The notes beneath the pieces are model-generated. The model was not told the origin of the DNA and did no database searches. It saw nothing but the letters and a program-made list of their open reading frames with translations. 20,000 nucleotides of DNA. It comes from an uncultured Actinomycetes bacterium. GTDB taxonomy: Bacteria; Actinomycetota; Acidimicrobiia; Spongiisociales; DATADW01. The DNA is taken from the NCBI GenBank assembly GCA_963824995.1, contig CAWGRK010000013.1, forward strand, positions 59,535 to 79,534, given 5' to 3'. Both the position numbers and the translations under genes were made by a program. Positions 1 through 10,152 of this stretch are shown here, in pieces. Each line of letters opens with the position of its first letter. The stretch's first letter is position 1.

Positions 1-435
1 GGGAATTGCGCCGCTGGCTGTACGAGAAGGGCCCGGCGGTGGAGGGTGAGCGGCTGGTGGCGACTCTGCGCTCGGCCGCCGACAGGGTCGAGACAGATTT
101 CGATCTACCGATCGAGGTGGTGGCGGTGGGTGATCTCCCGCTCGATGACCGCACCCGGGCGATGGTGGCTGCGGCCGGAGAGGCGATGACCAATGCGGCA
201 CGCCACTCCGGCGCCGGCTCGATCTCGGTTTACCTCGAGGTGGGGGACGGAGGCTGTCGACGTCTGGGTGACCGACCAAGGGCAAGGGGTTCGATCCACG
301 GCGCTATCCCGCCCGACAGGCGTGGGAATCGCCGAGTCGATCGTCGCCCGGATGCGCCGGCACGGCGGGAGCGCCGAGCTGAGCAGCGAACCTGGGGAGG
401 GCACCGAGGTGCATCTCCGGTTGGAGCGCGGATGA
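1..435 (+). CDS. Sensor histidine kinase, C-terminal HATPase part (5'-partial; resembles actinobacterial PspC-domain kinases); frameshifted around 245-320
   Basis: Joined frames read ELRRWLY...AAAGEAMTNAARHSG (N box), VWVTDQGQG (G1 box), GIAESIVARMRRHGG...SEPGEGTEVHL (G2 box). TGA at 433-435 overlaps the response regulator ATG (ATGA). Confidence 0.85.
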
Positions 436-1063
436 TCAAGCTGTTCCTGGTGGACGACCACGAGTTGTTCCTCGCCGGCGTGCGATCCGAGTTGGGCGAG
501 CACTTCGAGATCGTCGGATCGTCGGGCGACGTGGACGAGGCGGTCAACGCCATCCGGGCGGCCCAACCCGAAGTGGTGCTTGATCGACGTCCACATGCCG
601 GGGGGTGGCGGGATCGCCGTGGTGCGCAGCCTGGCCGACGCCCATCCCGAGGTGCGCTTCCTGGCGCTGTCGGTGTCCGACGAGCCCGAGGACGTCATCG
701 CCATGATCCGCGCCGGGGCGCGCGGCTATGTGACCAAGTCGATCGCTCCCAGCCGACCTGGTCGAGGCGATCCGACGGGTGGACGATGGAGATGCCGTCT
801 TCTCGCCGCGGCTCGCCGGTTTCGTGCTCGATGCCTTCGCCGGGTCGGTCCCAGCCGCCGATCCCGAGCTGGACCAGCTGACCCCGAGGGAGCGGGAGGT
901 GCTTCGCCTCATCGCCCGTGGCTTCGCCTACAAGCAGGTCGCCCGCCGTCTCGAGATCTCGGTGAAGACGGTCGAGTCGCATGTCTCGGCGGTGCTTCGC
1001 AAGCTGCAGCTCTCCAGCCGTCACGAATTGGCACGGTGGGCCACCGACCGGAGGATCGTCTAG
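432..1063 (+). CDS. NarL/LuxR-family DNA-binding response regulator; two frameshifts (~580, ~750)
   Basis: Receiver motifs FLVDDH, IDVHMPGGGG, GARGYVTK; LuxR HTH LTPREREVLRLIARGFAYKQVARRLEISVKTVESHVSAVLRKL; TAG at 1061-1063. Confidence 0.93.
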
Positions 1064-1204
1064 GCGGCACCCGTGGGGAGTTCGGGGAGCTGGTTCACTC
1101 CCAAGAGGGCGATAGCCGCGGTCGAGCGCCGTTGGGAGTTCGGGATTCTCCTACCCGCTGCTGGCGCTGCGGGTGACTCCGCTTCGGGGGGACGGAAATG
1201 AAGA

Positions 1205-1234
1205 GCGGACGAGGTCGGATCGGCCGCCGTCCGC
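1205..1234. terminator. GC-rich hairpin between convergent genes, possible terminator
   Basis: GCGGACG-a-GGTCG-(gat)-CGGCC-gc-CGTCCGC stem-loop, just past the stop of the minus-strand gene; no U-tail. Confidence 0.4.
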
Positions 1235-1244
1235 CGTCCGCCGT
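1224..1244. repeat. Heptamer tandem repeat (CCGCCGT)x3
   Basis: Exact copies at 1224, 1231 and 1238. Confidence 0.85.
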
Positions 1245-1248
1245 CCTC

Positions 1249-2925
1249 TTACCCACCGACGGCGTAGAAGAATCCGTTGCGGGAACCGACGTAGAGGGTG
1301 CCGTCCCAGACGATCGGGGTGGACTCGAGTCTCGCCGCTCTCGGGTAGCTCGACTGTCCAGAGGCGCTCGGGATGTCGGGATCGGCCAGGGAGTAGCCAC
1401 GGATTCCAGAGGCGAAGGTGGCCTGGATGAGTTGATCGCCGACGATCACCGGAGACGACCACGTCTTGGGACCGACCGAATCGCGCCACACCACCTCACC
1501 GTTGGCGGCGCTGACGGCGAGCAGTTCGCCAGTGTGGGTTGGGACGTAGACCAGCCCTTCGTAGAGCACCGGACTCGCCCATATCCCTGCGTTCTCGCCA
1601 CCGGCGGTGAGGTCGACACCCCAGAGTCTCGGGTCGACCTTCGGAGTATGGGTCGAGCTTGACCAGTTGACCGACCTCACGCTGGTGGGCGGCCTCGGCC
1701 GCTGACATCGGGGGCTTCCCCGCCTTGTCGTTGGGCTCGAATTCGATGGGAACGATCAACCGGCCCTTGGGGTCCACGGCCATGGTCCCGTCGATGTCAC
1801 CGCCCGACCAATAGTCGAAGACGATCGGGAGCGCGACCCTTCCCGGATGTCACTGATGTCGAAGCCGAGGATCCGACCCGCCGAGTTGGCGATGTACACC
1901 CTGTTGCGGAAGAACACCGGGCTGTTCTCGACGCTGATCTCGACGTCGTAGTCGAGATCTGACCCGCTGCCATCGCGGGGCAGTTCGTCGACGGGCGGCA
2001 TCGGCTTGCCCTCGTTGAGCATGTCGAGGAACTCGTCGTCGTAGGTCGGCACCGAGAACAGGATCTCGGGGCGGACACGCACCCGGCCCTGCTCGCCGTA
2101 GCTGCGGTTCAACTCGATGGCGTAGAACCAGCCGTTCTCGCCGCCAACGTAGAGGATGCCGTCGATGATGGCCGGGCTCGAGTCCCAGTCGTCGTTCCAC
2201 AGACCATCGACATCGAAGGCGTCCATCGACCAGATCTGACCCACCGGTTCCCGGTCGAGTGCGACGATCCGGAACTTGTTGTCCCGTGAGCCGAAGTAGA
2301 GCAGGGGGTAGCCGTCTGGGTCGATCGCACCGAAACCCTTGATGAGGTCGTCGGTGGCGAACGGCTCTCTGGTCGGTTGGCCGGTTGCGGCGTCGAGGAA
2401 GTGGACCGCACCGTCGTAGCCGCCGAATACGACCTCGGTTGTTCCCTCGAGATTGGTCCAGACCAGCGGTTGCCCGGTCCAGCCGCTTCCGCACCACTCG
2501 GACTCCTCCCCGAGATCGACCGAGACCGAACACATCTCTCCCTCGGGGTAACTCCACTCGATCTGCGGTTCGGCGTCGAGCGTCCCCTGCCCGAACCAGG
2601 ACCGGGTCGGATTGCCCCGGAACATGGTGACCCCCTCAGTCGTACCCCAGGGGGCACCGAGGCTGTCGGGCGGGACCGCCATCGGCTGAGGCGGGACGGT
2701 GGTGGTGGTCGCCAACGTCGATTCGGCAGCGGACCCCGGGGACGGAGCTCGGCGATCCGGCACCGCCGACGTCGCCGGAGAAAACGTCGAGGAGCAGCCA
2801 GATGGCGACCCGGCCGCCACCACCAGCAAGACGACTGTGACCAGCCTCGCCTGACGGCGCGCCTGGTTCTCGCTGCGATGACGCGGGGGATCGGGTGGGG
2901 CGGATCGGGTCTGCTGCTCGGTCAC
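1249..2925 (-). CDS. Membrane-anchored PQQ-like beta-propeller repeat protein (BamB/PQQ_2-like); several frameshifts
   Basis: GTG at 2925 with GAGGAG upstream; N-terminal hydrophobic stretch LVTVVLLVVAAG, then a Thr/Pro-rich linker; blade motifs MFRGNPTRSWFG, GGYDGAVHFLDAATG, WDSSPAIIDGILYVGGENG, WASPVLYEGLVYV, WSSPVIVGDQL, ESTPIVWDGTLYVGSRNGFFYAV; TAA at 1249. Confidence 0.8.
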
Positions 2926-2989
2926 GCTGGCTCCTCGACCGGGCAGTTCTGGCAACCCGGAAGGCGGTCAGGGTCGGCCGATGGTACTG

Positions 2990-4250
2990 CGACCCGTGAC
3001 GATCACCGGTTGTCTGCGGCGGCCTGGAGCGGCGGCCGGTGCCGCAGCGGGCCGGATCGTCGACACCGAGCCGATCGGCGGCTTCGTGCGAAGACAGCCT
3101 GACCAGGCTCACCATGGCTGCCCTGACCCTCTCCGGATCGGCCACCTGCGAGCTTCTGCTCGACTCGCCCGTAGTCGGGTGCGGTGATCGGAACGGTGAG
3201 CACCTGGCGGGGGGAGAGGGTGGGGAGCATGTCGACCATGTCGGGGACGAGGTCGAGCGGGATGTCGCTGGTGACACTGTTCGCCAAGTGCGCCGACCAT
3301 CGAGGGGATCGACGACACCAGTCCCGCAGGTCGAAGCGAGCGGACCACGCCTGCCGCCGGCGCAGCGCTTGCCTGTGCGGGGTGTCGACGAAGTCCGTCT
3401 CGTCGAGATTGCTCGAATCGAACACCACGGCGTGGTGCACCGGGATACCGAGCAGCGTCTGCACGCCATCCTTGACCATGGCGGCGCCGGGGTCGGCAGA
3501 CCCTGGATAGAGACGGCGGTGACGGGTTGCCGAACCGGTAGAGGTCGGTCAGCGAACCATCGCCGGGGGAGTCGGTCCGTGGCTCTGGAAGGCGCGGGAT
3601 CCCGGTGAGATTTGCGGGAAGGGCTACTGCGGCGACACGGTCATCCCCCGGGAAGACGGTGATGACCATTGCGTCACTCGGACCTCGGCTGGCGCCACTG
3701 GGTTCCGCTCCGCCCCGAGGAAGAGCACGGTGAGACGCTCGCCCGGCCGCCATCTCGCTGTGGCCATGGTGGCCCGTTACTTGCCGCCGGGTTGTTGGAA
3801 GACGGTGGTGACCACTTGGTGAGCCTGCGCTGCCTGAGCGCCGATCGAAGGATGCGGCAATACGACCATTGCCATCACCACCACACCGGCGAGTGCGAAG
3901 CCCGGGTGCCGATCCCCCGTCCACCTTGGTAGGCGTCGGCAGCAGCCCAGGCTCGGACCGCCAAGAAGACTCCGTTGACCACGAAGATCGTGGCGAGCGC
4001 TCCCGGACGCATCGCCACTTCGAGGATGTAGACGGGTCCCCGCCGATTGAGGAACCAGATGGCGCCGATCGTGGCCAACAAGGCAACTGCGGAGACGATC
4101 AGCAACGGCGCGGCCTGCCTCCTCCGGCCCTGGAACCATTGACCGGCACCGGGGATCACGGCAGAGGCTGCGAGCGGCCAGGGCGGGTCGGTGCTTCAGA
4201 GACGTTCCGAACGGGACAGGATCTGGCGTCGGGAGACGACTCTCAGACAT
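2990..4250 (-). CDS. LCP (LytR-CpsA-Psr)-like family membrane protein; heavily frameshifted, 3' end uncertain
   Basis: ATG at 4250 with GAGGAG upstream; N-terminal TM region (IPGAGQWFQGRRRQAAPLL..., AVRAWAAADAY); LCP-like segments SDAMVITVFPGDDRVAAVALPANL, SLTDLYRFG, VKDGVQTLLGIPVHHAVV, VTSDIPLDLVPDMVDML. Confidence 0.6.
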
Positions 4251-4584
4251 GGCGCCGAGCTCCTCGCGGGCATGGTCGGGTGCGTTGTCGTGCTCTCGAC
4301 GCGCCCGTCCGCCCGGTCGCCGATGCCGTCGGGAAGTCAACCACCCCGAAAGACGACGGTGGTTCGAGCTGGATCCGGTCCTGCATGCGGCCTACGACTC
4401 CGGAGTGCTCACGGTGACGATGCCGCTCCCGTCGGCTCTTGGCCCGCAGACCGCGCCGTATCCCTGTGGCCAACGGTGGGACAGCACCCACCGCCATTGA
4501 GACGAGTGGCAGCGAGCAAGCCGGCGACTCCGAAACGAACGACACCGCTTCGTGAGCCATCCGGTCAACGGATCACAAACGACT

Positions 4585-4621
4585 CGTACCCGGGCCATCT
4601 GAAAGGTCCGGGTACGTTTGT
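4585..4621 (+). terminator. Intrinsic terminator-like hairpin (may also terminate aceE on the minus strand)
   Basis: 12-bp stem CGTACCCGGGCC/GGTCCGGGTACG (one G-U on +), 8-nt loop, followed by TTTGT; about 20 bp beyond the aceE stop. Confidence 0.65.
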
Positions 4622-4638
4622 ACGGGGGCTTCTTCTGA

Positions 4639-7365
4639 CTACGACCGCCAAGGATCCGGGGTGTCGGGGTCGAGGTCGTAGCGGTCGATGGCGTCCCTGC
4701 ACTACCTCGGGCCCGAAAGCGCCATCCCGGTGGAGTGCGGTGAGCACACCGAGCACAACATGTTCCCGGTCGGTCTCGAAGAGACGTCGCAGCGCCGCGC
4801 GGGTGTCGGAACGCCCGAACCCGTCGGTTCCCAGTGAAAGGTAGGGCCTGGGCACCCACCGGCTCATCTGGTCGGGGACCGCTCGCATGTTGTCGGTGAC
4901 GGCGACGAAGGGGCCTGAGGTCTCCTCGAGCAAGCGGGTCACCAGCGGCACCTGCTGTTCCTCGCCAGGGTGGAGCCTGTTCCAGCGTTCGACGCTCATC
5001 GCCTCCTCGCGGAGCATCTTGAACGAGGTGGCCGACCACAACTCGACCCCCACCCCCCATTGCTCGGCCAATTCCACCTGGGCCTCGCGGGCCGCCTTCT
5101 GGGCGGTGCCCGAGAAGGCCAGTGTGGCGCGATGTGGAAGGTCGCCGTCGGGCGCCGGCGCCCACCGGTAGAGCCCCTGGATCACTCCCGTCCTCGACCC
5201 CTTCGGCCATCGGGGGCTGCACGTAGTTCTCGTTGTAGAGGGTCAGGTAGTAGAGGACATCCTCGGGGTCGTCGCCGTACATCCGGCGGAGCCCGTCCTT
5301 GATCACCACACCCATTTCGTAGGCGAATGCCGGGTCGTACGCCATCAGCGGCGGCACCGCCGAGACCAGCAGGTGACTGTGCCCGTCCTGGTGCTGCAGA
5401 CCCTCGCCCTGGAGGGTGGTCCTCCCCGCCGTAGCGCCGAGGAGGAAGCCGCGCGCCCGGAGATCGGCCGCTGCCCAGATCAGGTCGCCCACCCGCTGGA
5501 ACCCGAACATCGAGTAGAAGATGTAGAAGGGGACCACCGGGACGCCCCGCGTGGCGTATGAGCTCGCCGCCGCGGTGAAGCTGGCCATCGACCCGGCTTC
5601 GGTTATGCCTTCCTCGAGAATCTGACCAGCTTTGGCCTCCATGTACGAGAGCAGCATCTGGGCATCCACCGGCTCGTAAAGCTGGCCCTCTGAGGCGTAG
5701 ATCTTCAACTCTCTGAACAGCGAGTCCATCCCGAAGGTGCGGGCCTCATCGGGGACGATGGGGATCACCCGCGGCCCGAACTGATCGCTCCTGGCGAGGC
5801 TGCGCAGCAGGCGGGTGAAGGCCATCGTGGTCGAAGCCTCGACCTTGCCGCTTCCGGCGAGCACCTCGGAGAAGGTGTCCTCCGATGGAAGCGTGAGCGG
5901 TGACCTGATCCGCACCACACGCGAGGGGAGCGACCCGTGGAGCGTCTTGCGCCGCTCCATCAGGTACTGATACTCGGGGGTGTCGGCGCCGGGCCGGAAG
6001 TAGGGAGGATCCTGATCGCCCGCCAGCGCCTCCTCGGGGATGTCCTCCTCGAGATTGAGCCTGGTGCGCAGGACCAGTAGCTGCTTGTTGGTCAGCTCCT
6101 TGATCTGATGGGTGGCGTTCCGGCCCTCGACGTCGGGGCCGAGCGTCCACCCCTTGATCGTCTTCGCCAGGATGACGGTGGGGGCGCCGGTCAGCTCGGT
6201 CGCCGCCCGGTAGGCGCTGTAGATCTTGCGGAAGTCGAGCCCACCGCGACGGAGCGCCCAGATCTGGTCGTCGGTCCAGTCCTCGACCAGCGCCCGCAAC
6301 TCGGGTTCGGGTCCGAAGAAGTGCTCGCGGATGTAGGCACCGTCCTCCGCCCTGAGCCGCTGGTAGTCGCCGTCCAGCGTCTTGTTCATCTTGTTGACCA
6401 GGTGCCCCTCGGTGTCCCTGGCCAGCAGCTCGTCCCAACCGGTTCCCCAGATGACCTTGATCACGTTCCAGCCGGCGCCGCGGAAGATGGCCTCGAACTC
6501 CTGGATGATCTTGCCGTTGCCCCGGACGGGGCCGTCGAGCCGCTGCAGGTTGCAGTTGATCACCCAGGTGAGGTTGTCGAGCTTCTCCCGGGCGGCGAGC
6601 GTGATCGAACCCAGGGTCTCGGGCTCGTCCGTCTCGCCGTCGCCGATGAAGCACCAAACCCGCGACTCGGAGGTGTCGTCGAGCCCGCGGTTGTGGAGGT
6701 ACTTGTTGAACCGGGCGTGGTAGATCGAGTTGATCGGCCCCAAACCCATCGACACCGTGGGGTACTCCCAGAAGGTGGGCATGAGCCGCGGGATGGGGAT
6801 ACGAGGAGAGGCCGCCGCCACCGACCTCGAACCGGAAGCGGTCGAGGTGCTCCTCGTCGAACCGCCGCTCCAGGAAGGCCCGGGCGTAGATGCCGGGGGC
6901 GGCGTGGCCCTGGATGTAGATGTGGTCCCCCGGGTTGCCGTCCTCCTTGCCCTTCCAGAAGTGGTTGAACCCGACCTCGTAGAGGGTGGCGGAGGAGGCG
7001 AAGGTCGACAGGTGGCCGCCGATTCCCTTCTCCAAGTGGTTGGCCTTGATCACCATCACCGCCGCGTTCCAGCGGATGAACCGCCGGATGCGGCGCTCGA
7101 TGTGCTCATCGCCCGGATAGGGCGGCTCTTCCTCGGCCGGGATGGTGTTGACGTAGGGAGTGGTGACGGTGGCCGGTACCCCCAGCCCGGTCCCATGGGC
7201 ACGCTCGAGCAGCTTCGCCAGCAGGAAACGCCCTCTGACCTGGCCCTCTTCAGCTACGACGCCGTCGAGCGAGTCGATCCACTCCTGGGTCTCGACCGGG
7301 TCGTTGTCGGGGAGTTGGTGGACGAACCCGTCGATGATGGTGCGGTTTCGGTCGCCGACGGTCAT
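4639..7365 (-). CDS. aceE: Pyruvate dehydrogenase E1 component, homodimeric type; frameshifts near 6805, 5190 and 4700
   Basis: DPVETQEWIDSL, TTPYVNTIP, IRWNAAVMV, GGHLSTFASSATLYEVGFNHF, EYPTVSMGLGP, ThDP motif GDGETDEPE...NCNLQRLDGPVRGN, PDEARTFGM, YSMFGFQRVGD, GEGLQHQDGHS, LGTDGFGRSDTRAALR; ends DPDTPDPWRS-TAG. Confidence 0.97.
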
Positions 7366-7443
7366 GGCTTCGAGCCTACCCGGGGTACCGACCAACGGGG
7401 AAGGGGCCCACGTCCGCCGCCGTGGGGTCTCCTCAGCGCCGGC

Positions 7444-7492
7444 CGTCAATGCTGCGTCAAGATCCGCCACCGGCACATCAACCTGGCGTCAG
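7444..7492 (+). promoter_or_regulatory. Array of four direct-repeat hexamers, putative KdpE (OmpR-family) binding sites upstream of kdpC'-kdpDE
   Basis: CGTCAA 7444, CGTCAA 7455, CATCAA 7476, CGTCAG 7487 (offsets 0/11/32/43); the same spacing recurs at 14084-14132 on the minus strand. Confidence 0.7.
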
Positions 7493-7513
7493 TCCCGGGC
7501 TTGATGTCCAAAT

Positions 7514-7612
7514 TTGGTGATAGACCGCCCCATGCTCGGCTTCCTCAACGAACCGGCGGTGAACGTCCTGACGCTCAACATCGCACTCGAAGAGCGCGAC
7601 ACTTCTCCGTGA
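7514..7612 (+). pseudogene. kdpC: Remnant of the K+-transporting ATPase subunit C (C-terminal ~30 residues only)
   Basis: Hand translation LVIDRPMLGFLNEPAVNVLTLNIALEERDTSP* fits the KdpC C-terminal signature (R-x-x-G-F-L-G-E-P-x-V-N-V-L-x-L-N-x-A-L-D). In-frame TGA at 7502-7504 upstream; sits directly before kdpD, where kdpC normally lies. Absent from the ORF track. Confidence 0.85.
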
Positions 7613-7620
7613 TGTCTTCT

Positions 7621-7648
7621 TCCGTCTTCCGTCCTCCGTCTTCCGTCT
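7621..7648. repeat. Heptamer tandem repeat (TCCGTCT/C)x4 filling the kdpC'-kdpD gap
   Basis: TCCGTCT TCCGTCC TCCGTCT TCCGTCT, ending 1 nt before the kdpD ATG. Confidence 0.9.
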
Positions 7649-7649
7649 A

Positions 7650-10152
7650 ATGCCGCGCGGCAAGCTCCGGGTGTTCCTGGGCGCCGCTCCCGGGGTGGGC
7701 AAGACATACGCCATGCTCGAAGAAGGGCACCGGCTCGCCGTCGAGGGCATGGACGTGGTGGTCGGCCTGGTGGAGACGCACGGGAGGGTCGACACCGCGG
7801 CGCTGATCGAGGGTCTCGAGGTGGTCCCGCGGCGAATGGTCAACTACCGCGAGAACACCTTCGAAGAGATGGACGTCGATGCGGTGTTGCAACGCAGACC
7901 GGACATCGCCTTGATCGACGAGTTGGCTCACACGAATGTGCCCGGTTCTGGTCATGCAAAGAGATGGGAAGACGTCGAGGTCCTACTCACAGCTGGAATC
8001 GACGTAGTCACAACCCTGAACATCCAGCACCTGGAGTCGATGAACGACGTCGTGACCGCGATCACGGGTGTGGTGCAGCGGGAGACCATCCCCGACGAGG
8101 TGGTACGGCGCGCCAACGAGATCGAGATGGTGGACCTCACCCAGGAGGGGATTCGGGAGAGGATGGCGGCCGGGAAGATCTACCCCGCCGAGCGGATCGA
8201 CGCCGCCCTGGCCAACTTCTTCCGTCCGGGGAACCTGGGGGCGCTTCGGGAGCTTGCGCTCTCGTGGACCGCCGACCGGGTGGACGAGGCGCTGGAGCGC
8301 TATCGGGAGACCCACGGGATCGACGCCTCCTGGGAGACCAAGGAGCGGGTGGTGGTTGCCATCGCCGGCCTCACCGGGGGAGATCACGTGGTCCGACGGG
8401 CTGCGCGCATGGCGATGCGGGCCCGCTCCGACTTGCTCGGGGTTCACGTGCGTGCCCAGGACGGGTTGGCCGTAGGCAGCCTGGCCGCCGATGAGCTGGC
8501 AAGCCAGCGTCGCCTTCTCACCGACCTCGGTGGCACATACCACGAGGTGGTCGGTGACGACGTCGGCGAGGCACTGGTCAGGTTCGCCAGAGCGGAGAAC
8601 GCCACTCAGCTGGTGATGGGGGCATCGCGACGGACGCGGTGGGAGGAGCTGCTGCGAGGCTCGCCCATTCTCGAGGTGGTGAGGCGGTCAGGCCCCATCG
8701 ATGTTCACGTCATCTCGCACCCCGGTGTGCCTGGCAGACGGCTGGCTACTCCCGAACTGCCGAGGTCGCCACTCCCGCGGCGCAGACGGATCGCCGGGTG
8801 GACGCTGGCCGTGGTCCTCCCGGTCCTTGCGACAGCCGCCCTGCTCCCGTTCAGCGATCAGACCGCGCTCGACACCGAGTTGCTCGTGCTTCTCTTGGTC
8901 ACGGTGGCGGTCGCCGCCGTGGGTGGCATTCTCCCGGCGCTGGTCGCCTCCGTGATCGCATTCCTCCTGGCGAACTGGTTCTTCACCGCCCCGACCGGGA
9001 CATTCACCATCGCCGAGCCTGCCAGCCTCTTTACATTGGTCGTCTTCCTGATCGTGGCGGGCGCCGTCGGCGGGCTGGTGGGTCTGGCTTCACGCCGGGC
9101 TGTCGAAGCAAGCAGGGCCCGCCGCGAGGCGGAGGCGCTGGCCACGCTCGCCGGCTCGATCACCCTCGACCGTGACGCGCTCAACGATCTCGTCCATCAG
9201 ATCAGAGCCACATTCGATCTCGAGGCAGCGTCGGTGCTCCGACCCAACGACTCGGGGTGGGAGGTGGTGGCGAGCGCAGGGGAGCCGGTGCCTGTGACCC
9301 CCGAACTGGCAAGCGAGGTCCTCGAGTTGGCGACGGGCACCCGGCTCGCCCTGCTCGGGTCGAGGTTGGGATCTGACGATTGGAACGTGCTCCACGTCTT
9401 CACCGCCCAGCTCGCTGCCGTGCTCGAAGCGCGCAAGCTCCAGGTGGAGGCGGCGGCAGCGCAGTCGATGGCGGAGACGGACCGACTGCGAACAGCGCTG
9501 CTGAGTGCGGTCTCGCATGACCTGCGAACGCCATTGGCGGGGATCAAGGCGTCGGTGACCAGCTTGTTGGAGACAGACGTCGATTGGACCGAGGAAGAGG
9601 TGGACGGCTTCCTCGAGGCGATCCTCTCCGAGACCGAACGGCTCAACGACATGGTGGGCAAGCTGCTCGACGCCTCTCGCATCCAGACCGGCGCGGTACA
9701 TGTGTTCTTCCAGGTAGTCGGTATCGACGAGGTGGTTGCCTCGGCGATCGCCGGGCGACCGGAGGTGGCATCCCGGGTCGTCATCGATGTACCCGAGTCG
9801 CTACCCAGCGTGCAGACCGACCCGGCGCTCCTCGAACGGGTCGTTGCCAACCTGGTGGAGAACGCCGTCAAATGGTCGACCGGAGGGCCAGCCCGTCCGA
9901 GTCACGGCGGGAGAGGTCGCGGGCCGGGTGGATCTACGCATCACCGATCGCGGCCCCGGCATCACGGAGACCGATAGGGAAAGGGTCTTCCAACCGTTTC
10001 AACGACTCGGCGACACCCCCGACGGCGCCGGCGTCGGGCTCGGGCTGGCGGTCGCCCACGGCCTGGTCGAGGCGATGGGGCACGAACTGATCGTCGAGGA
10101 CACCCCAGGTGGCGGCACCACCATGGTTGTCGGGATCAAGGCGGTGCGATGA
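7650..10152 (+). CDS. kdpD: Osmosensitive K+ sensor histidine kinase KdpD; one frameshift near 9885
   Basis: RGKLRVFLGAAPGVGKTYAML, DELAHTN, TTLNIQHLESMND, NFFRPGNLGALRELAL; USP domain (ERVVVAI...ATQLVMGASRR); four TM helices (DUF4118); HisKA LLSAVSHDLRTPL; HATPase NLVENAVK, DRGPGI, GVGLGLAV. Confidence 0.97.

Noticed and set aside
1064..1170. Possible tRNA, SRP RNA or mini-CRISPR
   Set aside because: No cloverleaf or GTTCRA T-loop with acceptor stem, no SRP helix-8 motif, only two imperfect 14-mers and no cas genes.
4249..4500. Plus-strand ORF containing AAYDSGVLTVTMP, resembling the Hsp20 A-x-Y-x-x-G-V-L motif
   Set aside because: The rest of the ORF shows no alpha-crystallin pattern and no clear start; probably chance, though a tiny remnant cannot be excluded.
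4500..4535. GAGTGGCAGCGAGCAAGCCGGCGAC resembles part of a SAM-IV riboswitch
   Set aside because: Remaining core elements not found, and there is no downstream plus-strand gene to regulate.
4639..7365. Programmed frameshifting or split genes in aceE, kdpD and the permease
   Set aside because: Frame switches are scattered through nearly all genes with no consistent slippery sites; consistent with indel error.
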